DNA of 63,138 nt, the filler included, from Octopus bimaculoides (Eukaryota): NCBI RefSeq assembly GCF_001194135.2. It is 5 parts of 4 records of this genome, joined end to end, with 100 filler letters (N's around TTAATTAATTAA, not from the genome) between each part and the next. Parts side by side here need not be neighbours in the genome. Positions count along the whole stretch, not along the records: positions 1 to 19,736 come from NC_068986.1; 4 more parts are not named here. One strand, written 5' to 3'. Positions 1 through 12,644 of this stretch are shown piece after piece. Within the stretch, counting starts at the first letter, position 1. Each line of letters opens with the position of its first letter. The position numbers and the translations under genes were made by a program. The notes beneath the pieces were generated by a model that was given only the letters and a program-made list of their open reading frames with translations, did no database searches and was not told where the DNA came from.

Positions 1-2
1 GT

Positions 3-290
3 GGTGGTGAGTGCATAGTGACAAACTTGCCATTCACTTTAGGAGGAAACCAGTTTCCCGTTCGCCTGTGATATGCAACGGCTCTCAATAAATCACAGGG
101 CTAGACATTTGATAAAGTGGGACTATTCTCGCCTGAACCTGTATTCGACCATGGTCAGCTATATGTTGCATTCTGAAAGGCTCGCAAATTATCTGATGTG
201 AGAGTTAAAGTCATCAGCACTGACAAAGAAAGAAGAAGAAGAGGGAGAACTTACACGAAGAACATAGTTTGCAAAGGAGTATTGGATTGA
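3..290 (+). mobile_element. Helitron Rep/Hel PIF1-like helicase C-terminus, pseudogenised
   Basis: Frame +3 reads TNLPFTLGGNQFPVRL*YATALNKSQG*TFDKVGLFSPEPVFDHGQLYVAF*KAR...TYTKNIVCKGVLD*. This matches the Helitron helicase C-terminal motifs (QFPxRLAFAMTINKSQGQT, VFSHGQLYVALSR, TxNIVYxEVL). Three in-frame stops. Confidence 0.9.
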
Positions 291-607
291 AAGGTGTACG
301 CAAACTGAAATGTGCATTGGCTCTGACCCACCGCCTTGGCTTATAAGTTACCAGCGATGTGGTTTTCAGAGTATGCCATGACGCATGAAATTTTCACCCC
401 CGTGAAATTGTGACCCCTGTATTTTACATATAAAATAATGTTTTTACTATAAATATTTTGTTTTCTAGATACGAAATTGTGAGCATGTTAATTTTAAATT
501 GTAATTTTTTCTCTTTATGGGAAAAATGGTAAAATAAGAGTGAATGTTTGTTTTATGAACGCTGTGTATTAAGTCTATGAAATTGTGCATAAAGTATATA
601 AATTATA

Positions 608-819
608 TACTCTTTTACTCTTTTACTTGTTTCAGTCATTTCACTGTGGCCATGCTGGAGCACCGCCTTTAGTCGAGAGAATCGACCCCAGGACTTATTC
701 TTTGGAAGCCTAGTACTTATTCTATCGGTCTCTTTTGCCGAACCGCTAAGTTACGGGGACGTAAACAAACCAGCATCGGTTGAAAAGCGATGTTGGGGGA
801 CAAACACAGACACACAAAA

Positions 820-852
<33 letters not shown>

Positions 853-1033
853 GATATATACATATATACGACGGGCTTCTTTCAGTTTCCGTCTACCAAA
901 TCCACTCAAAAGGCTTTGGTCGGCCTGAGGCTATAGTAGACGACACTTGCCCAAGGTGCCACGCAGTGGGACTGAACCCGGAACCATGTGGTTGGTAAGC
1001 AAGCTACTTACCACACAGCCACTCTTACGCCTA
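608..1033 (-). mobile_element. tRNA-derived SINE, family A, near full length
   Basis: On the minus strand: head with A-box-like TGGCTGTGTGG and B-box-like GGTTCAGTCCC, conserved body (GGGCAAGTGTCGTCTACTATAGCCTCAGGCCGACCAAAGCC), internal (TG)n and a (AAAAGAGT)n tail. Many related copies in the window. Confidence 0.9.
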
Positions 1034-1765
1034 TATATATAAAGTGTATTAAGAATACATCGTATTTCCTTCACATTTCAATGAATAGCAGATGAGCGAC
1101 TATCTTTTGATATATACACAACACAGGCTACGCTTTAAGGCCTTTGGGGGTAAAGTTTTCAGGAATAACCCAATAAGTTTACTATTAACTCCGTGAAATA
1201 TTCACGATTCCTTCTAGTGTCAATGATTATCTTAAGTGATAAAAGATTAGCTACTGTTCTACTAATGTTACTTCTATGAGCGAGTGATCGTAAAGAATAT
1301 TAATATGCCTAAGCTTCTCGTTGAGTTTAAAATATGGTTTAAATCTGTTCGTTTAAAATGCTGAGAGACGACCAAGCAATTTAAAACGCTGAATGGTAGG
1401 TGCTAAACAAACGCATCAAGTAAGAATAGCCGTTAACTTTACACGAAGCACTAAAATATTTTGTCAGATTCCAAGTATTACTAACCGAGGCAAATATCTA
1501 CTCAAGCCTCCCGTATAAAATTCAAAGAAATATCGTATTGTGATATATTGACATCGGTAAAACAATTTTCTTGTGAAATAGACTTAATGAGAATCTTATT
1601 CATATCTGTAATTGAAACATATTTTGTCTTTGTACCTTTACTAATCTATATAAACCAATCAGCAATTTGAATACATTGAATAATTACAAAACAAATCTAA
1701 CCAAATGAAATAGAGAATCATTTCGGTTAGAATGCAATATAAAATATATATAGCCAACTATCAAG

Positions 1766-1800
<35 letters not shown>

Positions 1801-1919
1801 CTTAGATATATATCTTTTCTCCCTTACTGGCTTCAACCAGAAGCTGGGACCATGATGGGTATCGCCTTTCAGTATGATTGCGGCTTTTTTTCTCTGTTGT
1901 GTATTCTGAAGTAGCTTGT

Positions 1920-2250
1920 GGGTCGAAGCTGCTCTTCTTTATGACTCCTATTGGAATGCGGGTTCATCTGGTACCACAGAAAAATATTTGTGCCGACGTT
2001 TTTTTGAAGAGCTCCAAAACATCACCTCGCAAATTTCTGAGGCTGTTTTGCAAAACGTTGAAAAGTTGTGAGCCCTTGAAACTCACGCTGTTACAGTACT
2101 TGATCCCTGTTCTAGATGGAGAAGTCAATTGGTAAGTTTAGAGCTAGAGCTTCCATTATCTTCCCTATGTGTATCTCTGCGTATCTTTCATGCCTTCTCT
2201 CTATGGTATAAAGCTTTAGTTCCTTGCCTAGTCTACGTGTAGTAGCGTGA
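1920..2250 (-). mobile_element. CR1-group LINE ORF2 C-terminal remnant
   Basis: Minus-strand frames give KELKLYTIERRHERYAEIHIGKIMEAL, then SVSFKGSQLFNVLQNSLRNLRGDVLELFKKRRHKYFSVVPDEP. These resemble the post-RT C-terminus of CR1/L2-group ORF2 (LxLxSLExRRxR..., FNxLPxxxR...FKxxLD..PDxP). Frameshifted. Confidence 0.65.
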
Positions 2251-2594
2251 CATACTATGTGAGTGTATTTGTATGTGTGTGTGTGTATATGTGCATGTGT
2301 GTATGTGCGTGTGTTTATGTGTGTGTGTACGTGTGTGTGTGTGTGTGTTGAACAAAAATGTGTTAAGTGACAAATCAGAGTGGTCAGTGACATGCATAGG
2401 AACAACACAAGCATATCTAGGTACATCAAATACCATAAAGCATAAATTCTTCACTCATTAAACTTATCTCCGGCTCTTGAGGATTTGTCACAATTACCAA
2501 ATGACAATTGGAAGAACGGGTTCTCAAGAATCAATGTTTCTTCAAGGTTGAAATGTCACTAACGCAAACGACAACTTTATTGTCTATCACCCTT

Positions 2595-2625
<31 letters not shown>

Positions 2626-2629
<4 letters not shown>

Positions 2630-3188
2630 TTATTCTTTTATTCGTTTCAGTCATTTGACTGCGGCCATGCTAGAGCACCATCTTTACTCGAACAACTCGA
2701 CCCCAGGACTTATTCNNNNNNNNNNNNNNNNNNNNNNNNNNNNNNNNNNNNNNNNNNNNNNNNNNNNNNNNNNNNNNNNNNNNNNNNNNNNNNNNNNNNN
2801 NNNNNNNNNNNNNNNNNNNNNNNNNNNNNNNNNNNNNNNNNNNNNNNNNNNNNNNNNNNNNNNNNNNNNNNNNNNNNNNNNNNNNNNNNNNNNNNNNNNN
2901 NNNNNNNNNNNNNNNNNNNNNNNNNNNNNNNNNNNNNNNNNNNNNNNNNNNNNNNNNNNNNNNNNNNNNNNNNNNNNNNNNNNNNNNNNNNNNNNNNNNN
3001 NNNNNNNNNNNNNNNNNNATATATATATATATATATATACATATACACAACGGGTTTTTTCAGTTTCCGTCTGCCAGATCCACTCACAAGGCTTTGGTCG
3101 GCCCGGGGCTATAGAAGAAGACACTTGATCAAGGTGCCACGCGGTGGGACTGAACCTGGAACTACGTCGTTGGTAAGCGAGCTACTTT
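2626..3188 (-). mobile_element. SINE family A copy interrupted by an assembly gap
   Basis: Tail and 3' body at 2626-2715 and core plus head at 3019-3188 are collinear with the 608-1033 copy. Confidence 0.85.
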
Positions 3189-3382
3189 ATTTCATAAAAT
3201 TTGTCATGAAGGCATTACAAAGAGGGGACGAACAAAGACAAACATAAAAAGCTGCTAATCGATTAAAAATTTATGATGCTAAATTAAAACAGTTAAAAAT
3301 TCCATATTACAAATTACAATTTCACAGACATGGTCCTCATTGCGACTTGCAATGGATTCCCTGAAGGAAAGGCATCCAACAA

Positions 3383-3917
3383 TCAGGGTAGAACCCTTGC
3401 TTTCTTTCGAACATCCACTTACCTGGTGCCAATCGCTCCCAGCTTTCTTGCCACAGGCTTCAATTTTTTCTCGAATCTTTCTCGTGACAGGTACCTCTTC
3501 TCCAGCCTGATCATACTGCTGAGGTGGTACCTAAAAAAATTAACAAACCCCTGGACAGATACAAAGGTACCCGTCACTATTCCTCTCACACGCGTCTTCC
3601 ATACTGTTTCTTTCAGTATGGCTACTACGCCGAAAAAAGCAAGCCTTTCTTCTCCCTGTTAGGGGAAGGAGGCAGCGCAATCTAGATGATAGACTCAGCC
3701 TATAGCTGCGCTCTTCCCATCGATGACAACAGTTGTTCTGTGAAAACTATCATTCCCGTTAATTCCGGACATTCCACAAATGCATGCAAGACGGTTTTCC
3801 TGTCCTGCCTGCACCTCGGACATGTCGGCGAGACGGCACTTCCGAGCCTTGACAGTTTATTACGAACAGGTAACGCCGCACGGAAGCACTGCCAAGCCAG
3901 AGATTTTGGTACATTTT
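3383..3917 (-). mobile_element. Tx1/L1-clade LINE ORF2 C-terminus with CCHC zinc knuckle, degenerate
   Basis: Minus strand reads WQCFRAALPVRNKLSRLGSAVSPTCPRCRQDRKTVLHAFVECPEL (zf-RVT-type CxxC..H....C), then AILKETVWKTRVRG...FFRYHLSSMIRLEK. Internal stops; 5' part runs into a gap. Confidence 0.8.
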
Positions 3918-4295
3918 NNNNNNNNNNNNNNNNNNNNNNNNNNNNNNNNNNNNNNNNNNNNNNNNNNNNNNNNNNNNNNNNNNNNNNNNNNNNNNNNNNN
4001 NNNNNNNNNNNNNNNNNNNNNNNNNNNNNNNNNNNNNNNNNNNNNNNNNNNNNNNNNNNNNNNNNNNNNNNNNNNNNNNNNNNNNNNNNNNNNNNNNNNN
4101 NNNNNNNNNNNNNNNNNNNNNNNNNNNNNNNNNNNNNNNNNNNNNNNNNNNNNNNNNNNNNNNNNNNNNNNNNNNNNNNNNNNNNNNNNNNNNNNNNNNN
4201 NNNNNNNNNNNNNNNNNNNNNNNNNNNNNNNNNNNNNNNNNNNNNNNNNNNNNNNNNNNNNNNNNNNNNNNNNNNNNNNNNNNNNNNNNNNNNNA

Positions 4296-4331
<36 letters not shown>

Positions 4332-4463
4332 TGTATGTATATAGGGTGCAGTGAATATATTGTCTTCTAAATTACGCAAAAATGAAAATAACACTGGCAT
4401 CTCATTCAACAGGTATATTTATCAAAATTACATAAAAATATCTTGAAAAACTAAGGAGTAAAT

Positions 4464-5455
4464 TTATTCAATAAAATCGCCATTGGATTAAACCACGACG
4501 TCCAAACCACTTCGGAAACTCCTGCAACTGTTCTGGATGGTCTCCGTGCTGTCAATGCTGTCATAATCCTTGCCTTTGGTTTATCTCTGGTGTAACAAGG
4601 ACTTTTTTTGGTCTCTCGCTCAACTGCACCCAGACATAATAATCAAGGGGCTGCAGCCTTGGGAGTTAGGTGGCCAGATGTTAGGGGTGATGTGGCCGCA
4701 GAAATTATCTGACATCATGACGGGGTTGTCCTGTTTATGTGACATGGTGCAGAGTCCTGTTACCAGACACAGGATCTTCCAGCAGCCACTTTCCTCAGCC
4801 AGAGCAGCATTACCGCCTCCAGGTCTCTGTGTTGAGGCTGAGGCCGTGTGGCAAGATGAATGGAGGCATAACGTCGCCATCACTTGTGATCAATCCAAAT
4901 ACCAGGATGCTGACAGGATGTTTGACTTTTATCACTCTCAGTACATGTTTCGGGGACACGGGAAGCCAACGTTTGTTCTGTGCGTTCACCATCTGATCCT
5001 GGCAGAGATTTCTCTCGTCTGAGAAAGTCGAAAGCATATTCGGTTGGAGGGGATGCTGCAGTTTGTTGAAAAGCTTCGTAGTGCGGTCTTTCCTCTTGTC
5101 GTTGATTGTTTGGGATAAAAATTGTCCCTTTTCCATCTTATATGAGGAATACCGAATGTCTTCTTGTACTACCTGTCTGATAAGAAACTCAGACACTCCC
5201 ATGGCGATGGACTTGATTGACTTGGAAGGATGGTTGTCAATCATGGCCTAGATCTCCCCTACAAATTCAGGAGTTCTTTTCCCATCAGAACAACCAGAGT
5301 TAGTTTTCCGGGCTACCGTACCTTCGTAATCACCATTACACTCATCAATCTTTTTCCGAGTCCTCTGCACTGTCGTCATTCTGACACCCAAACACTCTGA
5401 AATGTTCGTATTGGAGCTTTCGATTCGAAATTTCTGGCAGTGTGAATTGCGTCAT
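4464..5455 (-). mobile_element. Tc1/mariner-superfamily transposase pseudogene (maT/DD37D-like)
   Basis: Runs from ATG 5455 (MTQFTLPE..SNTNISECLGV..TVQR, HTH) through FSDE, VFGLITSDGDVMPPF, VW*QDSAPCH and NIWPPNSQGCSPL to the C-terminal CRSFRSGLDVVV*SNGDFIE* (stop 4464-4466). Several frameshifts; TIRs not clearly recovered. Confidence 0.85.
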
Positions 5456-5827
5456 AGTATTGTTTTTCTCACAGATGGTGCCTAACTGGCCCAACTATAC
5501 TGTGTAGTTGGCAAAATCAAAAACAATAATTAATAACTGTTTTTGGAGTGGCAGCTATAGAACTATAGCTTTGTAGTAGTCTTGCTTTGGCAAGTATAGA
5601 TACTTTTAATCGTAACACGAGGAACATTCTCCAAAACATTTTGTATTACATAATGCTTTATGTATTATACATTGCAGAGTCGCACATCCAACGGCTATAG
5701 TCTCCCAGGAAAAACGGTAGTAGTCTATTAGTTTGATTAAAACCCTTCAAGACGGTGCCCCAGCATGTCCGCATTTGAATAACTAAGACAAGCAGAAGAT
5801 TAAAATTAAAACTAAATGAGACATCCA

Positions 5828-6004
5828 CGTTATTCATTGTGTTTTGAAGGCTTGTGGCGTAGTGGTTAATAGCCCGGGCTACTAACCCCAAGATTCCGAG
5901 TTCGATTCCAGGCAATGACCTGAATAGTAATAATAATAATAATAATAAAAACATCGAAAAATACCTTAGGAATGAGAACCCAGGTTCGAAATTTCCCAAA
6001 GACA
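5828..6004 (+). mobile_element. tRNA-headed SINE-like unit, family D, truncated just before its hammerhead
   Basis: A-box TGGCGTAGTGG at 5855-5865, B-box GAGTTCGATTCC at 5898-5909, then (AAT)n and body identical to 9146-9337(-). Ends at ...CCCAAAGACA. Confidence 0.85.
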
Positions 6005-6974
6005 ACTATTTTTTAAATTTTATTTTATTAAAATATCTATACGTATATTGACGAAGAGATTATTTTATTAATCATATTCATAAATGAATGAATGCAATCA
6101 TTTTATGATTGATTTCAACTCCTATAATGACTAATACCTTTAATACNNNNNNNNNNNNNNNNNNNNNNNNNNNNNNNNNNNNNNNNNNNNNNNNNNNNNN
6201 NNNNNNNNNNNNNNNNNNNNNNNNNNNNNNNNNNNNNNNNNNNNNNNNNNNNNNNNNNNNNNNNNNNNNNNNNNNNNNNNNNNNNNNNNNNNNNNNNNNN
6301 NNNNNNNNNNNNNNNNNNNNNNNNNNNNNNNNNNNNNNNNNNNNNNNNNNNNNNNNNNNNNNNNNNNNNNNNNNNNNNNNNNNNNNNNNNNNNNNNNNNN
6401 NNNNNNNNNNNNNNNNNNNNNNNNNNNNNNNNNNNNNNNNNNNNNNNNNNNNNNNNNNNNNNNNNNNNNNNNNNNNNNNNNNNNNNNNNNNNNNNNNNNN
6501 NNNNNNNNNNNNNNNNNNNNNNNNNNNNNNNNNNNNNNNNNNNNNNNNNNNNNNNNNNNNNNNNNNNNNNNNNNNNNNNNNNNNNNNNNNNNNNNNNNNN
6601 NNNNNNNNNNNNNNNNNNNNNNNNNNNNNNNNNNNNNNNNNNNNNNNNNNNNNNNNNNNNNNNNNNNNNNNNNNNNNNNNNNNNNNNNNNNNNNNNNNNN
6701 NNNNNGCCAGATAGTGGCCGAGGTGAAAGAATATATTAAAACGTAAAATGAAAACAGAACACAAAGGATTCCGCGGTACACGTGTTTCAAGCTTTATACA
6801 CAAACTGTCGTTGTATCATTATATGAGTATATAATTGATAGAAAGGATGGTTTAAAACTATCTTCAGCCGCAAACATTTTCAGTCCCAAGATTACATCAC
6901 AAAGAAAACAGAAAATAGAGAGAAAAAGGAAAAGTCCACTTAGTATTATCCATTGTAATATGCTTATCCTCGAC

Positions 6975-7090
6975 ATACATATACATGCACATACATACAT
7001 ACATACATACATACATACATACATACATACATACATGCATCCATACATACATATATACATACATACATATATATATACATACATACATAT
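6975..7090. repeat. (CATA)n/(TA)n microsatellite
   Basis: Direct reading. Confidence 0.9.
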
Positions 7091-7829
7091 TCATATGTTT
7101 GTATACGAAATTATATAAGAGTACATTCATAATTACGTATATATCAAATGAAATCGCCACCAAAACAATGAAACAGTTTGGTGATAGTCATTTAAGGTAC
7201 AAAGTTACTCTACGACGTTCAGCTCGTGAGAAAAGTTGTCTTCTCATCCCAGTACACCGTTGATATGTTAATAGTTGTGGCTTTCAATAGCAACCGATAA
7301 GGAGAGATGCAGGAAATGTGATTAATACGCAAACATTCACACACACACACACACTACGTGCGCGCGCACATAGAGGGAGAAAGAGAGAGAAGGAGGAAGA
7401 AGAGAAGCCGAGCAAAGAAGAGTTATTGGCGGCAACATGATGGAGGAAAAAGGGATAAAGTCTGTGGATTAATGGGAAAAGTGTAAAGAGAGTAAGCAGA
7501 ACAGAGAGATGGAGAGAAAGAAAGAATACGAAAAAAAAAAGTGGAGGGAAAAAACAGAAAAGACAGAAATAGAAAAAGGAAAACGAAGTAAGGGAGGAAA
7601 TAATAGGAGGGAGTTATAGGTCGCTGGAAGAAGAGAGAACGGATAAAAATGGCATTATGGCGGTAGGTAGAGGAGAAGGATTGGTTTGTTAACTGGAGCT
7701 GGCACTGTTATCGATCTAAGTCCTATTGGAAGCGGAATCAGCAACAAATGTAAGGATTATTGCCTAACAAACATAGCAAAAATAAATAAATAAACGAATA
7801 AATAAACAGCCAAAGATGGCGACTGCCAG

Positions 7830-8265
7830 AACAGCATCACCATCACTGTCGTCATCATCAACATCATCATCGTCATCATCATCATCAGCAGCAGCAGCAG
7901 AAGCAGCAGCAGCGTTATCATCGTCGTCATAATTAGGTTGATTATTATAACCAGGATCACCATGATAACCATATGAACATCACATCACGATGGATATCAT
8001 CATCATCACTATCATCATCATCACTATCATCATCATCATCATCATGACTATCATCATAATCATCATCATCATCATCATCATCAACAACAACAACAACAAC
8101 AACAACAATAACACCATCTCTACCACCACAATCATCAACAACAATAGCAGCAACAGCCACACCAACACTACCACCACCACCACCACCACCACCACCACCA
8201 CCACTACCAACAACAATTACTACAGTAACACCAGGGACAACATTAATAGCAACAATAATGAACAG
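7830..8265. repeat. Compound trinucleotide microsatellite (CAT/CAG/CAA/CAC)n
   Basis: Direct reading; explains the poly-I/N/T/D ORFs. Confidence 0.9.
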
Positions 8266-8515
8266 TTATAATATCGTCTTTCTACATGATTGACGAGCTT
8301 CGCTATGGACGAAGTCTTTGAAGTATTACTCCCAACTACGCACATTCTTATATACACAAAAGTGGGCATGCGCACACACATTCATATCCACATATGTATT
8401 TATATATATGGCGTATATGAATATATGGCATACATATATATGTATGTGTGTATGTATGTATATATATATATATTTATATATGTATATACATATATATATA
8501 CGCATATATATATAC

Positions 8516-8564
<49 letters not shown>

Positions 8565-9025
8565 TTTATATATATATCAAAGGCGAGAGCGAGAGCATAT
8601 GTATATGTATACACACACACACACACACACACACANNNNNNNNNNTATATATATATATATATATAGGTATATAGTTATATGCCTGCTCAGCCGAGTGGCT
8701 GAAAAGTCTCTTTCACAATCTTGAGAATCGAGATTCATCGCCACTCGCGCAGTATCTTGAGCAAGACTCTTGCCACAACTTCATTCGACCTTAGCCTTGT
8801 ATCTGAAATTGGTTAAACGCAAACAGTGTGGAAGTACATTGGATGGACTGTACCTTTAGTATACAGGACCAACCTTTTCACTGAGCTCATGCCTTACAAT
8901 TATGTTAAGTCTAATAGTAATAGTTGCTTATATGCCTACACAACACATCATGGAAACCAACAGTGATCTGTTTATTATAATGATATTCACCTGTATAATA
9001 TTAATATGTAAGTGTATGTATTAGA

Positions 9026-9197
9026 GTTCTATATTTAAGAGATGAGGAATTATGTACATTATTTACATTTGACGGATATTTGTCCTCATCTTGTTTCTTA
9101 TCAACACAACGTTTGGGCTAATATACCCTCCAGCCTTCATCAGGTGTCTTTGGGAAATTTCGAACCTGGGTTCTCATTCCTAAGGTATTTTTCGATG

Positions 9198-9243
<46 letters not shown>

Positions 9244-9337
9244 TCAGGTCATTGCCTGGAATCGAACTCGGAATCTTGGGGTTAGTAGCCCGTGCTATTA
9301 ACCACTACGCCACAAGCCTTCAAAACAACGAATAACG
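9026..9337 (-). mobile_element. tRNA-headed SINE-like unit, family D, full length, carrying a hammerhead motif
   Basis: Minus strand: A/B boxes, (AAT)n, body, hammerhead, then tail ...CCGTCAAATGTAAATAATGTAC. Collinear with 52525-52755(+). Confidence 0.9.
9103..9150 (-). ncRNA. Minimal type-I hammerhead ribozyme, family D, with a G12-to-C defect
   Basis: Minus strand: AAGACAC-CUGAUGA-A-GGCUG(GAGGGUAUAU)UAGCC-CAAAC-GU-U-GUGUU. Stem I is GACAC/GUGUU; stem III is the palindromic ACGU. The GAAA core reads CAAA (position 9115). Confidence 0.7.
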
Positions 9338-9740
9338 TTGGTGCCAGGGACCATGTACGTGTGGGAATATCTGTGTATACATATATGTATGTGTGTACGT
9401 ATGTGTGAGAGGATATATATATATATATATACGTATATTCCCCCTCAAATGTGGTGGCAGTGACTGTTCACGTACATCTGGACACACATATGTACTCATC
9501 TATATATGCTTTTAAATCGTTTGATATCCAAGTATGGTTATGTACACAGACACAGACATGTGTATTGGAGTGTCTAAAACCATCTGTATGACCTTATATA
9601 CTGTTTGTAGTCTTTTTATGTGTCATATTTTTATATTTTCATTTTTCATTCATTTATTTTATTTTTACTGTATTCTTATTTGTATTTCTATTTTATTTTT
9701 ATTTTTATTCTTTACGTTATATTTGTGTTGAATTTTTGTG

Positions 9741-9848
9741 AATCTCTGAAGAGGCCTAGCGAATCATGCATGTACCCCCATTTCAGCATTTCATCTACTA
9801 ATTACTCCGGCAGGAGCTATTCGGATAGAATGGGGCATGCCAACGCTA
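9741..9848 (+). ncRNA. 5' half of a type-I hammerhead with a long loop-II insert, family E; 3' half lost in the gap
   Basis: AATCT-CTGAAGA-GGCCTAG, then ~86 nt containing TATTCGGATAGAATGGGG, then CTA|NNN. The complementary 3' half is seen in the paralogue at 28875-28926. Confidence 0.6.
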
Positions 9849-10435
9849 NNNNNNNNNNNNNNNNNNNNNNNNNNNNNNNNNNNNNNNNNNNNNNNNNNNN
9901 NNNNNNNNNNNNNNNNNNNNNNNNNNNNNNNNNNNNNNNNNNNNNNNNNNNNNNNNNNNNNNNNNNNNNNNNNNNNNNNNNNNNNNNNNNNNNNNNNNNN
10001 NNNNNNNNNNNNNNNNNNNNNNNNNNNNNNNNNNNNNNNNNNNNNNNNNNNNNNNNNNNNNNNNNNNNNNNNNNNNNNNNNNNNNNNNNNNNNNNNNNNN
10101 NNNNNNNNNNNNNNNNNNNNNNNNNNNNNNNNNNNNNNNNNNNNNNNNNNNNNNNNNNNNNNNNNNNNNNNNNNNNNNNNNNNNNNNNNNNNNNNNNNNN
10201 NNNNNNNNNNNNNNNNNNNNNNNNNNNNNNNNNNNNNNNNNNNNNNNNNNNNNNNNNNNNNNNNNNNNNNNNNNNNNNNNNNNNNNNNNNNNNNNNNNNN
10301 NNNNNNNNNNNNNNNNNNNNNNNNNNNNNNNNNNNNNNNNNNNNNNNNNNNNNNNNNNNNNNNNNNNNNNNNNNNNNNNNNNNNNNNNNNNNNNNNNNAT
10401 CGATGATAGTAACGGCGATTTTTTAATGATAATCC

Positions 10436-10511
<76 letters not shown>

Positions 10512-10550
10512 GATGATGATGATGACGATGATGATGATGATGATGATGAT
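10436..10550. repeat. (GAT)n microsatellite
   Basis: Direct reading. Confidence 0.95.
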
Positions 10551-11039
10551 TTGTGGAAAGAGGATCGACATGACGTTGATCATGAACAGAAGTTGAAATT
10601 TTAAAAAATGCAATATCTCAGAGAATCGGATACAAAACTGAAACTAAATCCCCAAAGTTCGGACAACGCCTTTTAAAGGACAATCGTTCACAAACCTCCA
10701 GAACTATCACAACGGAATCCTCAACCCACTCACCAAACACATAATCTTCAAATACAAAACGGAAAAGGCCATGCATATACGATAAATCTACGCTAGTAGT
10801 TTGACATATACAATAAGGAGATTTCGAAAACCTGGATTAACTGATATTATCAATGCAATTATGCGATAAAATCCCTCAGTACTATAGTTTGAATTATAAA
10901 ACCAACAAGTTAGAGAGATTAGTCCCATAATATTCTTAATCAAAGTCACTGGATTCTCTCTGCTTCTGCATATTTTGATTCACGCCAACGCAATGCCGAC
11001 TGATAGGAATATTCTTCATTAAAGAGTTATTTATCGTGT

Positions 11040-11236
11040 ATCTTTTATCTTTAATTTGTTTCAATCATTAGAATGTTGCCATGCTGGAGCACCGCCTTGA
11101 AAGGTTTAGTCGAACAAATCGACATTTTTTGTGGGGGGGGTTTTTGTGTGTTTGTTCTATCGGTCTCGTTCTCCGAACTACTAAGTTACGAGAACGTAAA
11201 CAGTACACCAATCCGATTGTCAAGCAGTATTGGGGA

Positions 11237-11268
<32 letters not shown>
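11040..11268 (-). mobile_element. SINE family A, 3' half
   Basis: CCATGCTGGAGCACCGCC...GTCGAACAAATCGAC...TTGTCAAGC..GGGGACAAACACAC matches the 608-1033 copy. Confidence 0.8.
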
Positions 11269-11272
<4 letters not shown>

Positions 11273-11650
11273 GCTATTCATTTCTCCTTTCCGACGAAGA
11301 GCTATGTTCGAAACGCCAAACTCACTCTTCACCNNNNNNNNNNNNNNNNNNNNNNNNNNNNNNNNNNNNNNNNNNNNNNNNNNNNNNNNNNNNNNNNNNN
11401 NNNNNNNNNNNNNNNNNNNNNNNNNNNNNNNNNNNNNNNNNNNNNNNNNNNNNNNNNNNNNNNNNNNNNNNNNNNNNNNNNNNNNNNNNNNNNNNNNNNN
11501 NNNNNNNNNNNNNNNNNNNNNNNNNNNNNNNNNNNNNNNNNNNNNNNNNNNNNNNNNNNNNNNNNNNNNNNNNNNNNNNNNNNNNNNNNNNNNNNNNNNN
11601 NNNNNNNNNNNNNNNNNNNNNNNNNNNNNNNNNNNNNNNNNNNNNNNNNN

Positions 11651-11681
<31 letters not shown>

Positions 11682-11854
11682 TATACACACACATAATTAA
11701 GGGATCAGCAACAGTTGCTTCACCACATACCGAAAATTAGAAATAGCAGTTAAAGAGCTAATTCTACTACTAGAATAAGTCTCCAACAAATAGCAAATAC
11801 AAGAAGAAAAAATAGCGAAACTAACCAGCCTGTGTATGTATGTATATGTATAAA

Positions 11855-12230
11855 TTGACTCCGTCGGTCACGAATGACCATGGGTGTACCTAAGAGATTC
11901 CCTCTCCGAGGTACAAGTCTGGGCGCAAAGTCGCCTCACCGGCGAAAGCACAACCTAGGGTTGTTTGTATGTAAAACCTGTAGTCGCCCATGCCTACTAG
12001 CTTCCCCTCTCTATGCCACCGATGTTATCCAATGGAAAGGGAAAGGCAAGGGCCAATACAGATTGGCACCAGTGACCTCGAAACTCATTTCTAGAGCTGA
12101 GTGAACTGGAGCAACGAGAAATAAAGTGTCTTGCTCAAGAGCACAACGCGCAGCCCGGTCCTGGAATCGAACTTTCAACCTCATGATCGTAAGCTCGACG
12201 CTCTAACCACACTGAGCCATGCGCCTTCAC
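11855..12230 (-). mobile_element. tRNA-derived SINE, family B (core resembles CORE/Meta-type SINE domains)
   Basis: Minus head GGCGCATGGCTCAGTGTGGTTAGAGCG...AGTTCGATTCCAGG (A/B boxes), then TTGAGCAAGACACTT...GCTCCAGTTCACTCAGCT. The domain name is from recall. Confidence 0.8.
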
Positions 12231-12644
12231 TATATATGCGCGATTATATANNNNNNNNNNNNNNNNNNNNNNNNNNNNNNNNNNNNNNNNNNNNNNNNNN
12301 NNNNNNNNNNNNNNNNNNNNNNNNNNNNNNNNNNNNNNNNNNNNNNNNNNNNNNNNNNNNNNNNNNNNNNNNNNNNNNNNNNNNNNNNNNNNNNNNNNNN
12401 NNNNNNNNNNNNNNNNNNNNNNNNNNNNNNNNNNNNNNNNNNNNNNNNNNNNNNNNNNNNNNNNNNNNNNNNNATATATATATATATAAGACGAATAAAT
12501 TAAATAGAGAGATACAATTGACAATCTATTGATTTATTTATATTATAACATCTGCACTATGAATATAATATATGACATTTTAAAAAATCATAAAAAATCC
12601 CCCAAAAGTCAACAATTTGTTTCAAATATACATTATTTGATATA

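Noticed and set aside
780-998. Repeated 'protein' ...DGLLSVSVYQIHSQGFGRPEA...EPCGW (also 30043-30252, 25399-25665)
   Set aside because: Antisense read-through of SINE family A.
5855-5915. tRNA gene calls at SINE heads (also 9260-9315, 12165-12230, 61960-62050)
   Set aside because: A/B boxes are present but no complete cloverleaf or acceptor stem, and each continues into a repeat body.
7757-8724. Poly-I/N/T/D/Y-I ORFs here and at 31.3-32.6, 43.5-44.0, 49.5-49.9 and 55.4-55.9 kb, plus all long X-filled ORFs
   Set aside because: Translations of microsatellites or N gaps.
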